DNA of 63,179 nucleotides, the filler included, from a bacterium (lineage in GTDB: Bacteria > JBDRGX01), in NCBI GenBank assembly GCA_043817485.1. It is 10 parts of 10 records of this genome, joined end to end, with 100 filler letters (N's around TTAATTAATTAA, not from the genome) between each part and the next. Parts side by side here need not be neighbours in the genome. Positions count along the whole stretch, not along the records: positions 8,293 to 20,194 come from JBDRGX010000072.1; positions 20,295 to 22,536 come from JBDRGX010000073.1; positions 22,637 to 29,139 come from JBDRGX010000074.1; positions 29,240 to 49,159 come from JBDRGX010000075.1; 6 more parts are not named here. One strand, 5' to 3'. Both the position numbers and the translations under genes were made by a program. This document shows, piece by piece, positions 19,961 through 31,346 of the stretch; position 1 is the first letter of the stretch, and the number at the start of each line of letters is the position of its first letter. The notes under the pieces are model-generated. The model did not search any database, was not told the origin of the DNA, and saw nothing but the letters and a program-made list of their open reading frames with translations.

Positions 19961-19994
19961 AATATCTCCTTATATTTATAAAAACATAAAATAA

Positions 19995-20070
19995 TGGAGC
20001 GGGGAACGGGGATCGAACCCGCAACAATCAGCTTGGAAGGCTGAAACTCTACCAATTGAGTTACCCCCGC
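19995..20070 (-). tRNA. tRNA-Gly(TCC), CCA encoded
   Basis: GCGGGGGTAACTCAATTGGTAGAGTT TCAGC CTTCCAA GCTGA TTGTTGCGGGTTCGATCCCCGTTCCCCGCTCCA. Confidence 0.96.
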
Positions 20071-20416
20071 TTTTAATTATAATTGACAAAATATTAAAAT
20101 TTATATTTTGTCAACTTTTATTTATATATTTTTAAATTACTTTTCCTATTTTAAAAGTTATATCAATAATTTTATTTTCAGTAATTTTATTATTNNNNNN
20201 NNNNNNNNNNNNNNNNNNNNNNNNNNNNNNNNNNNNNNTTAATTAATTAANNNNNNNNNNNNNNNNNNNNNNNNNNNNNNNNNNNNNNNNNNNNAATTTC
20301 TATTTTAAAATTGTTAATTTTACTAAATATGAAAATATTAAATTTTGTTTATTTTTTAAAAAAATCTCCTGAAAAATTAAATAAATTTCCTGTTTTTTTT
20401 ATCATATTCTTTCATA

Positions 20417-20581
20417 TTATTTTTGACAATACCCACATAATGCTCTTGGGCATAATCCATTTATTTTATTTCCATCAGGAATAAGATTTATAGTATCAAC
20501 AACTTTTATTTCTCCATAACTAATATTCATTGTTATTACACATAATAAAATTACTAAACTTAAAAAAATTCTTTTAAACAT
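20417..20581 (-). pseudogene. Truncated secreted-protein remnant (signal peptide + IKVVDTINL, YVTN propeller-like start)
   Basis: Own translation, 54 aa, starting immediately after the carD stop. Confidence 0.35.
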
Positions 20582-20582
20582 T

Positions 20583-21086
20583 TTAATTTTCCTTTTTTTT
20601 AATTTTTTTTAATTTTCTATTAATTTGATTAATAATTTTTTCTGTAGTTGTTTTTTTTACTTCGGAAATTTCCATAGATAATAAAGAAAGGGCATTATTA
20701 AACATATTTTTTTCAGAAATAGATAAAGTTTTTTTTCTCTCTTGTATAAATAAAAATTTTACTACTACAGCAGTATCAAAAATAGAACCTGTTTTCAATT
20801 TAGCAAAATTAGATTTATATCTTTTCATCCAATTTTGTTCTATTCCATCAGTATTATTATCTTCTAAAATTTTCATTACACTGTCTACTTCATCAAAAGA
20901 AATTAATTTTCTCAATCCTACATTATTAGCTTGTTTTATAGGTATCATAATTTTAATTTCTTTTTCATCTGATTGAAAAACATAATATAATTCCTTTTCT
21001 TCCTCAATTATTTTTTCTTCTATCCCTACAATACTTCCTATCCCATAAATTGGATAAATAACTCTTGTCCCTTTTTTTAATTTCAC
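20583..21086 (-). CDS. carD: CarD family transcriptional regulator
   Basis: GTG start with AAGGAG SD; VIYPIYGIG, VGLR, NWMKRY. Confidence 0.9.
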   Translation of the reverse strand: MKLKKGTRVIYPIYGIGSIVGIEEKIIEEEKELYYVFQSDEKEIKIMIPIKQANNVGLRKLISFDEVDSVMKILEDNNTDGIEQNWMKRYKSNFAKLKTGSIFDTAVVVKFLFIQERKKTLSISEKNMFNNALSLLSMEISEVKKTTTEKIINQINRKLKKIKKKEN

Positions 21087-21121
21087 ATTGTACTCCTTAT
21101 CAAAAACAATTGAATTTAAAA

Positions 21122-22536
21122 TTATCTCCTTCTCCACCAAACAATAGTTCCTCCAAGAATAATTAAAAAAGGAAGAATAATTACACAACTATAAAAAATA
21201 TTTTTTTGTTGTCTATTAGAAAATTCTACTTTTTTTATAGTTAAATCTTTTGCTCTAATAGAAATTAAAGCCTCTTCTTCTGATAACCAATTAATAGAAT
21301 TCATAAAAACATCAAGATTACACCAAATCCCTATACAACGATTAGAAGCAAAATCAGCATCTCCTATAATAACAATTCGAGATGTTTCATTTTTATCTTC
21401 TTCTTTAAAATTTTTCTCTAAAGCAACACCAATAATTAAAGGCCCAAATATATCTCTCTCATCTTGTACTGGAGTTTTAGTGAAATCTATATTTACTTCT
21501 CCCCAACTATTTCTCGTAGTTTCTAATAGTTTAAAAAAAGTAAACCCTTTTTGACTATTATAATCAAAATCTATACTTCGAGATAAAGGATACATACTCA
21601 TTATTTTCTTTTCTCTAAATTCTTTTGTAATTTGATGAAAACCATAAGTATTTATAGTAGGAATAAGAGGATTTTGTTGAAAATTTAAACTTTTATCTAT
21701 TACCATATCATCTTTAATTTCTACTCCCCAGTTTTTAGCTAAATCAGTTAAACCAGGACTTGGTTTAGGATCTAAAAGAAGAAATAATTTTCCTTTATTT
21801 TCAACATATTTTTTAATAATTTCTTTTTCTTCTTTTGCCAAATCTTTTTTAGGCCCAAAAACAACTAAAATATTACAATCTTTGGGAATTTCTTGTCCTT
21901 GTTCTTTGTTTTCTAATAAATTTAATTTTTCTAATTCATAACCTTCTTTTTTTAATGGTTCTTTAATATTAGAAGCTCCAATCATCATATCATCTGTATC
22001 ATAATCATATTCTCCATGTCCTGTTAAAAAATAAATTTTATAATTTTTTTCTTCTTCTTTCATTATTTTAAAAATAGTAGATGTAATTTCTTGTTCTCCC
22101 CATACATTAATATCTTTTCTTCTTGTTCCACATTCAAATACTAATGTTCCATACTCTCTTATTTTATAAGAAACTGCTTTCTGAATTTCTATATCTGGAT
22201 CAACAAAATTAATTTTTATTTTTGAATTTTTATTTTTATATTCTTTTAAAATATTTTCTACTACTGTTTTTCTCGCATCACCTTTTTGAAAAAAACAAGT
22301 AATAACAACTTCTTTTTTTAAATTTTCAAGAATTTTTTCTGTTTGAGGAGAAAGAGAAAAAAGTTTTAAAAGAGTCAAATCCAATCTTTTATGATATTTT
22401 GAACTTAATAAATTACATACTATTATTATTCCAATAACAGCAATAATAGTAATTCCTAAATTACTTGTTGCTTTTACTGCTTTTTTTTCAAAAAAAATTT
22501 TAAATAATTTTCTTTGAAAAATTCCAAATACTACAA
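21122..22536 (-). CDS. GldG family ABC-type auxiliary component, 5'-truncated
   Basis: RLDLT...FSLS, VDPD, YFLTGHGE, GDADF, N...F.NSINWL, C-terminal TM ending WWRRR. Confidence 0.9.
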
Positions 22537-22636
22537 NNNNNNNNNNNNNNNNNNNNNNNNNNNNNNNNNNNNNNNNNNNNTTAATTAATTAANNNNNNNN
22601 NNNNNNNNNNNNNNNNNNNNNNNNNNNNNNNNNNNN

Positions 22637-22860
22637 AACAAAGTGTTGCTATAGCAAGAGCTTTAATCAATAATCCATCTATAATACTTGCAGATGAACC
22701 CACTGGTAATTTAGATTCAAAAACAGGAATAGAAATTATGGAAATTTTTACAAAATTAAACGAAAAAGGACATACAATAATTGTAATAACGCATGAACAT
22801 GATATTGCAAATTATTGTAAAAAAACTATTCATTTTAGAGATGGAAAAATTGTAGAATAA
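22637..22860 (+). CDS. ABC transporter ATP-binding protein (LolD/MacB type), C-terminal fragment
   Basis: [26 protein letters not shown]. Confidence 0.9.
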
Positions 22861-22877
22861 TAAATAGGAGTAAAATT

Positions 22878-24149
22878 ATGCAAAAATTTATTATTATTTT
22901 AATTATTTTTTTTACTTCGTCTATTTTTGCAGAAACTTTAAATTTAGAAAATTGTATAAATTTAGCTTTAGAAAAAAATTCAGAAATTACTATTTTGAAA
23001 AATAATTATGAAATAAGTAAATCAAAAATTAAAGAAAGTAAATCTAATTATTTTCCACGAATTATTGGAAATTTTTCTATTCTTAAACAAGAAACTTTTT
23101 TTGAGACATTAGATGAATCTTCTGTGGTTAATAGTTCAATGGATAAAACTAATTGTAATATTAGCTTTTCTTTGAAACAAAATATTTGGGATTTTGGAAA
23201 AACATTTTCTGTGGTTAATCAAGCATTATTAAATGAAAATCTTTCTTTATTACAATTAGAAAAGAAAAAAGAAAGTATATATTTTGAAGTTAAAAAATGT
23301 TATTTTATTTTATTGCAAGCAAAAGCAATAAATCAAATTGCAAATACAAATTTAAAATCACTTGAAAATTTATTAAATTCTATAAAAGCAAAAAAAGAAC
23401 AAGGATTAGCTACTTCTCTTGATGTTTTGCAATTGGAATTAGAATATACAAAACTTAAAGCAGAAATAAATAAAACAAATTATCAAATTGAATTAGCTAA
23501 AATGTCTTTATCTAATTTTATAAATAAAAATGATTTTGAAATAGAAGAAAAAAAAATTATTTTAGATGAATTGGAATTTAAAAATTTTGAAGAATGTAAA
23601 GAAAAAGCATTATTAAATAGAATTGAATTTAAGAAACTTATATTACAAGAAAATATTTATAAAACAAAGATTGTATCTATTCGTAGTGAATATTTCCCTA
23701 ATATTGGAGGTTCTTTTTCTTATGGATTTCAAAATAATAAGTTTGATTTTCCTTTTAAAAAAAATTGGTCTTGTGGTTTAAATATTTCTATTCCTTTATT
23801 TGATGGATTTTTTACTCGAGAAAAATTATTTTCTGCGAAACAAGAATTAAAAAATGTTGTTTCTGAAAAAGAACAATTGATTCAAAATATATCATTACAA
23901 ATTAAAAAAAATTATTATAAAGTTTTGGAAGAAAAAGGGAATTTTGAAGTAGTTCAAAAAAAATTAGAATATTCTAATGCAAATTTAGAAAGCATCAAAG
24001 CTAAATATAAAGAAGAACTTGCAACTTTTACAGAATTAATAGATGGGCAAACAAAAAAAATAAATTGTGATATAGAATATCAACAATTTTTTTATTCTTA
24101 TCAAATAGCATTAAATGAATTATATCAATCTATAGGAGTTATAAAATGA
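22878..24149 (+). CDS. TolC family outer membrane efflux protein
   Basis: Signal peptide, two YFP repeats, IPLFDG. Confidence 0.9.
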   Translation: MQKFIIILIIFFTSSIFAETLNLENCINLALEKNSEITILKNNYEISKSKIKESKSNYFPRIIGNFSILKQETFFETLDESSVVNSSMDKTNCNISFSLKQNIWDFGKTFSVVNQALLNENLSLLQLEKKKESIYFEVKKCYFILLQAKAINQIANTNLKSLENLLNSIKAKKEQGLATSLDVLQLELEYTKLKAEINKTNYQIELAKMSLSNFINKNDFEIEEKKIILDELEFKNFEECKEKALLNRIEFKKLILQENIYKTKIVSIRSEYFPNIGGSFSYGFQNNKFDFPFKKNWSCGLNISIPLFDGFFTREKLFSAKQELKNVVSEKEQLIQNISLQIKKNYYKVLEEKGNFEVVQKKLEYSNANLESIKAKYKEELATFTELIDGQTKKINCDIEYQQFFYSYQIALNELYQSIGVIK

Positions 24150-25162
24150 AAAAAACAATTATTTTTATTATAATTATAGTCATAGCAGTAGTTTTCTTTT
24201 TTTTAATTAAAGGAAAACGTAACAATGATTTGGAAGTAAAAGTTGTAGAAGTTAAATATGGTAATTTAATTGCAACAGTTTCTAATTCTGGAACTTTAAG
24301 ATCAAATAAAGAAATAAATTTAACAACAGCAATTTTTGGAAAAATAAATAAAATAATGGTATCTGAAAATCAAACAGTAAATAAAGGAATGATTCTTTTA
24401 AAACTTGAAACATTTGATCAAGCAGAAAAAGATTATAACCGAATGAAATCTTTAGGAGAAAAAGGATTTGTTTCTTTGCAACAAATTGAATTAGCAAAAA
24501 AACAATGGGAAAATACTTTTATTATAGCACCATTTTCTGGAACAATTGTTAAAAAATTTATTGAAGAAGGAGAAGTATTAAATGGGCCTGCTTTTTTAAT
24601 AGCAGATTTAAATGATATGATTGTTGAAACAAATATTGATGAAACTGAAATTGGAAAAGTGAAAACAGGACAAGTAGCAGAAGTTATTATAGATGCTTAT
24701 AAAGATATTAAAAATTCAGGAAAAGTACAATTTATTGCTAAAACAAGTTTGGAAATTAAAGAAAAAGGAATTACATATCAAGTTAAAGTAAAACTTGATC
24801 CAACAAATATAATTTTAAGATTAGGTATGACTGCAGATGTAAACATAAAAGTAATGGAAAAAAAGAATGTTTTAATTGTGCCTTATTCTGCTATAGGTGA
24901 AGAAAAAGAAGAATTTTTTGTTTTCGTAGTTGAAAATGATAAAATTAAAAAAAGAATTATTAAAACAGGTATTGAAAATTATGAATATACAGAAGTTATT
25001 TCTGGGTTAAAAGAAAAAGAAATATTAGTTGAAACCAATACTTCGAAATTACAAAAAGGACAAAAAATTAAAAAAGAAAAAGAACAAAAGTTTGATTTTA
25101 AAAAATCAAAAAAATCAAAAATTGAAAGAATGCTTTTTAAATTCAAATCAAAAAAACATTAG
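24146..25162 (+). CDS. Efflux periplasmic adaptor (MacA-like)
   Basis: N-terminal TM, IIAPFSG, IDETEIGKVK, LGMTA. Confidence 0.9.
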   Translation: MKKTIIFIIIIVIAVVFFFLIKGKRNNDLEVKVVEVKYGNLIATVSNSGTLRSNKEINLTTAIFGKINKIMVSENQTVNKGMILLKLETFDQAEKDYNRMKSLGEKGFVSLQQIELAKKQWENTFIIAPFSGTIVKKFIEEGEVLNGPAFLIADLNDMIVETNIDETEIGKVKTGQVAEVIIDAYKDIKNSGKVQFIAKTSLEIKEKGITYQVKVKLDPTNIILRLGMTADVNIKVMEKKNVLIVPYSAIGEEKEEFFVFVVENDKIKKRIIKTGIENYEYTEVISGLKEKEILVETNTSKLQKGQKIKKEKEQKFDFKKSKKSKIERMLFKFKSKKH

Positions 25163-25190
25163 TTTTGAGTTTTTAACAATGTAATTATTT

Positions 25191-25270
25191 TATACTAATT
25201 TGCATTTAAAATGATAACAAGGCGGCGTGACAACAAAGCCAACACAATTTGTTTAAATGCTATTTGGTGT
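25191..25270 (+). mobile_element. ERIC/Correia-like MITE copy (family B, short form)
   Basis: TATACTAATTTGCATTTAAAATGATAACAAGGCGGCG...AAAGCCAACACAATTTGTTTAAATGCTATTTGGTG; terminal inverted repeats. Confidence 0.75.
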
Positions 25271-25296
25271 CTAATGAAATATTTAGAATAACAAAA

Positions 25297-26499
25297 ATGA
25301 ATAATATAGAAAACATTTTAATATCTTTTAATAATTTAAAAACAAATAAAACAAGAACATTTCTTACAATGCTTGGTATTATTATTGGTGTTATGGTTAT
25401 TATTCTTCTAATGTCTGTTATTTTTGGGACACAACAAGAAATTATAAGTGATATAAAATCAATGGGAAGTAATGTAATAATAATTATTCCTGGAAATATA
25501 GAAAAATTACACGGTCCCCCAGATCTTTTTTCTATAAATAAACTTAAATTAAGACATGTAAATATTATTGAAAAATGTAGTAGTTTTAATGCAAAAGTCT
25601 CTCCTGTTTCTATTATTAAAGGTATTCCCATTAAATATAAAAAAGAAAAAAGAAATACAACTATTGTTATGGGAACAAGTGTAAATTTTCCAAATGTGCG
25701 TAATTGGAATCTTGCTGAAGGAAAATTTTTCAATAATAAAGATGTAGAATCTAATAAAAAACTTGCTGTTGTTGGAAAAATTATTGTTGAAGATCTTTAT
25801 AAAAATACTAATCCTATTGGAAAAAAAATAAATGTTGGAGATAAAAAATTAACTATTATAGGAGTTTTACAGGAAAAAGGAATGTTTATGGGACAAAATA
25901 TGGATGATTGCATTGTTATTCCTATTACTACAGCTCAAGATATATTAGGATTTTCTACAATAAATAGAATGCTTGTAAAAATTCCAAATTCTTGTGATGT
26001 TGAAAATGCAATTATTGAAATTAAAAAAATTTTAAGTAAAGAAATGGATAAAAAAGATTTTACAGTAAAAAGTCAAAGTGAACTTTTAAATATGGTTAAT
26101 ACTTTTGCTAATGTTTTAAATATTGTTATGAGTTTCATAGCAAGCATTTCTTTGTTTGTTGGAGGAATTGGAATTATGAATATTATGATTGTTGTTGTTA
26201 AAGAAAGAACTAAAGAAATTGGTATAAGAAAAGCAATTGGAGCAACTTTTCACAATATTTTATTCCAATTTATAACAGAATCAGCAATAATTTCTATTAC
26301 TGGAGGACTTATTGGAATAATTTTATCTATGGCTATAATTTTATTTATTGCTCCTTTTATTTCATTCCCTTTAAAAATATCTTTTAATAGTGTTATTTTA
26401 GGATTTAGTTTTTCAGTAATAATTGGAATTTTTTTTGGAACTTATCCAGCAATAAAAGCCGCAAAAACAGATCCTATTGTAGCTTTAAGACATGAATAG
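25297..26499 (+). CDS. MacB/FtsX family ABC permease
   Basis: RTFLTMLGIIIG, GGIGIMNIM, ERTKEIGIRKAIGA; the ORF-track start lies in a MITE, so ATG 25297 is preferred. Confidence 0.92.
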   Translation: MNNIENILISFNNLKTNKTRTFLTMLGIIIGVMVIILLMSVIFGTQQEIISDIKSMGSNVIIIIPGNIEKLHGPPDLFSINKLKLRHVNIIEKCSSFNAKVSPVSIIKGIPIKYKKEKRNTTIVMGTSVNFPNVRNWNLAEGKFFNNKDVESNKKLAVVGKIIVEDLYKNTNPIGKKINVGDKKLTIIGVLQEKGMFMGQNMDDCIVIPITTAQDILGFSTINRMLVKIPNSCDVENAIIEIKKILSKEMDKKDFTVKSQSELLNMVNTFANVLNIVMSFIASISLFVGGIGIMNIMIVVVKERTKEIGIRKAIGATFHNILFQFITESAIISITGGLIGIILSMAIILFIAPFISFPLKISFNSVILGFSFSVIIGIFFGTYPAIKAAKTDPIVALRHE

Positions 26500-26511
26500 G
26501 GTGAAATATTT

Positions 26512-27705
26512 ATGACTATTATTGAAAGTATTAGTTTATCATTTAAAAATTTATGGATAAGTAAAATAAGAACTTTTTTAACTCTTTTTGGTATTATTAT
26601 AGGAATAATGTCTATTATTTTACTTGTTTCTGTGATTGTTGGGACAAAAACTAAAATAGAAAATGAAATGATGACAATGGGATCAAATTTAGTAATGATT
26701 TTCCCTGGAAATGATGAAACACCTACTGGTAGAATGTTTGCTATTAACAAATTACGATTAAAACATGTTGAAATTCTTGAAGTAAAAAATAATTATAATC
26801 TGAAAATTTGTCCAGAAGTTGATTTAATGGGTGTAATTGTAAAATATAAAAAAGAAAGTAGAGATAATTGTAATTTAGTAGGTGCTGGAGCAAATTTTGA
26901 AGAAGTTTATAATTGGAAAATTAATAAAGGAAAATTTTTTAAAAAAGGAGATGTTAATTCTAAAAGAAAAGTTGCTATAATTGGAGAAACAATAGTAAAT
27001 AGTTTTTTTAAAACAATTAATCCTATTGGAAAAGAAATATTTATAAAAGGAGAAAAATTTAAAATTATAGGAGTAATGGAAAGTAAAGGAAAAATGTTTG
27101 ATATTGATATGGATGATACAGTTTATATTCCTGTTACAACCTCTCAAAATTTAAAAGGATCATTAAAAATCGACCAAATAAATGTAAAAATTCCTGATTC
27201 TTCTAATATTGATAAAGCAGTATTAGAAATAAAACGACTTTTAGAAAAAGATTTGAATAAAGAAAATTTTAGTGTAAAAACTCAAGGTGAAATACTTACA
27301 AAATTTAATAAATTTACAAATATTTTAAGTATTGTCACTTATATTATATCTGGAATTTCTTTATTGGTTGGAGGCATTGGAATTATGAATATTATGATAG
27401 CCACAGTAACAGAAAGAAAAAAAGAAATTGGCATTAGAAAGGCAGTAGGAGCAACTTTTGGAAATATTGTAACTCAATTTTTAATAGAATCATGTATATT
27501 GGCACTTATTGGAGGAATAATAGGGATTGTTTTATCTCTTGTTATTATAAAAGTAGCAAGTCCTTATATTCCATTTCCTTTAAAAGCATCTAAAGAATCC
27601 ATTTTGCTTGCTTTTTCTTTTTCAAGTTTTGTTGGAATTTTTTTTGGAACTTATCCTGCAATAAAAGCTGGAAAAGTAGATCCTATAACTGCTTTGAATG
27701 AATAA
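26512..27705 (+). CDS. MacB/FtsX family ABC permease (paralog)
   Basis: Same motifs as the upstream paralog. Confidence 0.92.
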   Translation: MTIIESISLSFKNLWISKIRTFLTLFGIIIGIMSIILLVSVIVGTKTKIENEMMTMGSNLVMIFPGNDETPTGRMFAINKLRLKHVEILEVKNNYNLKICPEVDLMGVIVKYKKESRDNCNLVGAGANFEEVYNWKINKGKFFKKGDVNSKRKVAIIGETIVNSFFKTINPIGKEIFIKGEKFKIIGVMESKGKMFDIDMDDTVYIPVTTSQNLKGSLKIDQINVKIPDSSNIDKAVLEIKRLLEKDLNKENFSVKTQGEILTKFNKFTNILSIVTYIISGISLLVGGIGIMNIMIATVTERKKEIGIRKAVGATFGNIVTQFLIESCILALIGGIIGIVLSLVIIKVASPYIPFPLKASKESILLAFSFSSFVGIFFGTYPAIKAGKVDPITALNE

Positions 27706-27990
27706 CCAATAATCATAAAAAATATCTTTTATTAACAATTATTGATTTAAATATTTTAACATAAACTAAACCTTGTAAATTAATTTTTTCAACATTATGA
27801 TTAAATTATAACCTAAATTTATGTCAAAATGTCAAGCACTATTTTGATTTTATTGATTTTTTTTGGGATAGTTATATTAAATGCGGGAATTTAGGGTTAA
27901 ACAAAACTCTTTTAGATGAATTTAGGTTTTAACTTTTAGAAAAAAATGTATAAGAGCATAAAGGAATTTTAATTTGATTTAAATGTATTT

Positions 27991-28472
27991 ATGAACTATT
28001 ATAACTACAAAAGGACTCATCAGGAGTATAAATTAAAGGAGAATGGTTATAGTATCCCAGCAGAAGCACATTTATCAACAAATTCAAAAAAAAAAATTGA
28101 CAAAGGAATTGAGAAACGATAAGGTAAAAGTAACAATGGTAAATGAGAAAAATGTGGTAAGAGAAAGAACAATTTTAGAAAATAATTTTATTAGAAAAGA
28201 AAGTAAAAAAGAAGAGGTTTTGGTATGTTATTTTGTAACCATCTTTTGAAGTCATGACATGTAAATCAGATAATTTATATGATAGATTTCAAAAACATCT
28301 TGATACTCAAAAAAAAATTAAACCAACTAAAGAAGGAAAAGCAATTTGGTTCTACTTTGAAATATATGATTCGAAGAATTTGCCTAAACTTGAAAGAACT
28401 TGGTTAAATCAATTTACATGTGAACATGGTAGACGACCAATACTAAATAAAGTAGACTCGCCAGTAGGTTAA
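27991..28472 (+). pseudogene. Fragmented GIY-YIG-like nuclease gene
   Basis: Pieces in different frames; SDNLYDRFQKH and LE...G..P.LN resemble the GIY-YIG C-half; frameshift at an A11 run (28086-28096). Confidence 0.4.
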
Positions 28473-28608
28473 TAAGGTAATTAAAATATATATTATTGGT
28501 TTAAGTATTTTAAATTGTTTAACATAATCATAATGTTATAATAGTAAATATTCACTGGTTATGTTATGAAAGTTAAAAAGCCTAATCCATTAAAACAAGG
28601 ATTGAAAC

Positions 28609-29139
28609 ATGGCAAATAAATCATCAAATAGATACTTACACAAGGCAAGTCAAGTAAAAAATGACGAGTTTTATACTCAACTTGCTGATATTGAAAGGGA
28701 GATGAGCCATTATAAAGATCATTTTAAAAACAAGATTGTTTTTTGTAATTGTGACGACCCTCGCATAAGTAATTTTTTTCACTATTTTTCATATAATTTT
28801 GAATTTTTAAAGTTAAAAAAATTGATTACGACTTGCTATAAAAACCAGCAAGTTGATTTGTTCAGTCAAAATAATTCTGAAAAAGCAATCTATTTAGAAT
28901 ATACCGGCGACAAAAACGACGACAAAATTCCCGACCTAAACGAAATTGGCATAAAGCATCTAAAAGGTGATGGAGATTTTAGAAGTTCTGAATGTATTGA
29001 ACTTTTAAAACAAGCCGATATTGTGGTTACCAATCCGCCATTTTCTTTGTTTCGCGAATATGTCGCCCAGTTAATGGAACACAAGAAAAAATTTGTAATA
29101 ATTGGCAATTTAAACGCCATAACATACAAAGAAATTTTT
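28609..29139 (+). CDS. EcoRI-family adenine DNA methyltransferase, 3'-truncated
   Basis: KNDEFYT, CNCDDP, GDGDFRS, VTNPPFSLFREY. Confidence 0.92.
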
Positions 29140-29239
29140 NNNNNNNNNNNNNNNNNNNNNNNNNNNNNNNNNNNNNNNNNNNNTTAATTAATTAANNNNN
29201 NNNNNNNNNNNNNNNNNNNNNNNNNNNNNNNNNNNNNNN

Positions 29240-29519
29240 TATTAATTTCTTTTTCTTCTTCTATATTTGAAATAATAAATTCAACATCTACACTTTTATT
29301 TAAAATATATTCTATATTTGAAATAATAAAAGAAAGATATCTTTTTTCTATCCATTCTTTAAAAAAAATATTAGGAACACTTAATTTAATAACATAATTT
29401 TCAAAAGAAATAAATTTAATGGGTTCAAACCATGTTTTATAAATTTGTTGATTAATAGATTTTTTAATTAATTCAACAACCTTTAACCATAAGTCAGAAG
29501 GATTTGTTATAAATTCCAT
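29240..29519 (-). CDS. dnaA: DnaA N-terminal domain (3'-truncated)
   Basis: LW...IYKTWF...VPN.FFKEWIEKRY; DnaA boxes directly upstream. Confidence 0.9.
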
Positions 29520-29540
29520 AATTTTAAATCTTTTAAATAG

Positions 29541-29589
29541 TTATTCACATAGTTATTAACATCTATGGATAAGTCATAAGTTATAAACA
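29541..29589. promoter_or_regulatory. DnaA-box cluster upstream of dnaA (autoregulatory site or part of oriC)
   Basis: TTATTCACA (29541), TTATTAACA (29553), TATGGATAA (29564), TTATAAACA (29581). Confidence 0.7.
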
Positions 29590-29677
29590 TTTTTTTTTAA
29601 TTAAAATAAAACTATTTTAATTACTTTGTCAAGAAAATTATATTTATTAAATTATTTAAAAATATTACAAATAAGCA

Positions 29678-30700
29678 TTAAAAAAATTTTTTTTGTTCAG
29701 AAAAAGTTTTTTTAAAATGTTTATAAGCTAATTCTGTAGCACATCTTCCTCTTGAAGTTCTATTTATAAATCCAATTTGTACTAAATAAGGTTCATAAAC
29801 ATCTTCAAGAGTATTTATTTCTTCACTTAAACAAATAGCTAAAGTTTCTATTCCTACAGGACCACCATTAAATTTTTCAATAATAGAAAGCATTATTTTA
29901 TAATCCATTTTATCTAAACCTATTTCATCTATTTCTAACATATTAAGAGATTTTTTTGCTATATTTTGAACAATGCTACCATTTCCTTTTATTTCAGCAT
30001 AATCTCTTACTCTGTGTAAAATACGATTAGCTATTCTAGGAGTTCCTCTGGATCTTTGAGCAATTTCCATAGATCCTTCGTTATCAATTTTTATATTTAA
30101 AATATTAGCAGATCTTGAAACAATTTCTTGAATATGTTCATTAGAATAAAAATCCAATCTTTCTGTAATTCCAAATCTATTTCTTAAAGGAGAAGTTAAA
30201 AGTCCAGCTTTTGTGGTTGCTCCTATAAGAGTAAAAAAAGGCAAATCTATTTTAATAGAACGAGCACCAGGTCCTTTGCCAATAATTATATCTAATTTAA
30301 AATCTTCCATTGCAGAATATAATACTTCTTCTACAACTTTATTCAATCTATGTATTTCATCTATAAAAAAAACATCCCCTTGTTCTAAATTAGTTAAAAT
30401 TGCAGCAATATCTGCTGATTTTTCTAAAACAGGACCAGAAGTAGATTTAATATTTGCTTTCATTTCATTAGAAATAATATTACTTAAAGTAGTTTTTCCT
30501 AAACCAGCTGGTCCATGTAACAAAACATGATCTAATACTTCTCCTCTGTTTTTGGCTGCTTGAATAAATAGAGAAATATTTTCTTTAATTTTAGTTTGAC
30601 CAATAAAAGATTCTAAATTTTGTGGACGAAGAGTTAAATCATATTTTACATCTTCGTCTTGAGAAAATGGCGTATTTATTTGTTCTTTTATTTCTTTCAT
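29678..30700 (-). CDS. ruvB: Holliday junction helicase RuvB
   Basis: [29 protein letters not shown]. Confidence 0.98.
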   Translation of the reverse strand: MKEIKEQINTPFSQDEDVKYDLTLRPQNLESFIGQTKIKENISLFIQAAKNRGEVLDHVLLHGPAGLGKTTLSNIISNEMKANIKSTSGPVLEKSADIAAILTNLEQGDVFFIDEIHRLNKVVEEVLYSAMEDFKLDIIIGKGPGARSIKIDLPFFTLIGATTKAGLLTSPLRNRFGITERLDFYSNEHIQEIVSRSANILNIKIDNEGSMEIAQRSRGTPRIANRILHRVRDYAEIKGNGSIVQNIAKKSLNMLEIDEIGLDKMDYKIMLSIIEKFNGGPVGIETLAICLSEEINTLEDVYEPYLVQIGFINRTSRGRCATELAYKHFKKTFSEQKKFF

Positions 30701-30703
30701 TTT

Positions 30704-31291
30704 TTACCCTTTTAAGGATTCTTTTACTAATTTTTCTAAAGAAAAACTATCTTTTAAAGTTTTTACTACGCTCATAACTTTTTCAGTAGATGTTTTTTTA
30801 TTATAACCTAAAGAAATAAGAGCACTAATGGCATTATTTATCATATCTTCTTTATTAGATTCTATTTTTTCTTGGGTTGATAAATTAGATAAAGATATTT
30901 TATCTTTTAATTCTAATATCAATTTTTCTGCCATTTTTTTTCCAATTCCGGGAGTTTTATTTAAAATTTCTACATTATGAGTTACAATTGCTTGTTTAAA
31001 AATTTCTATTTTTATATGAGAAAGAATATTTAAAGATATTCGTGGACCAATTCCACTTATAGAAATAAGTTGTTTAAATAAATTTCTTTCTTCTTCTGTT
31101 GAAAAACCATACAAAGATAAAATATCTTCTTTTACATGAAGATAAGTTAAAATACAAACTTTATCACCTATATTTCCAATAGTATCATAAGTAGATATAG
31201 CAATATTTATATTATATCCAATATCATTAACTTCTACAACTAATTTTGTAGGTTCTTTAACAACAATTTTTCCTTTAATAAAAGAAATCAA
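30704..31291 (-). CDS. ruvA: Holliday junction protein RuvA
   Basis: HVKED..SLYGF, SGIGP, PGIGKK, AL.SLGY. Confidence 0.97.
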   Translation of the reverse strand: MISFIKGKIVVKEPTKLVVEVNDIGYNINIAISTYDTIGNIGDKVCILTYLHVKEDILSLYGFSTEEERNLFKQLISISGIGPRISLNILSHIKIEIFKQAIVTHNVEILNKTPGIGKKMAEKLILELKDKISLSNLSTQEKIESNKEDMINNAISALISLGYNKKTSTEKVMSVVKTLKDSFSLEKLVKESLKG

Positions 31292-31346
31292 AAATACTCC
31301 TAATTTTATATTTTATTGCCTTTTTAATATTTTAAAAACAATAATT

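Noticed and set aside
25297-27705. Tandem permease duplication as a novel system
   Set aside because: Two MacB-type permeases with ATPase, adaptor and TolC is a common arrangement
28517-28570. Integron attC site (also an attC-like fragment near 57245)
   Set aside because: R' box does not fit GTTRRRY, no cassette array and no integron integrase
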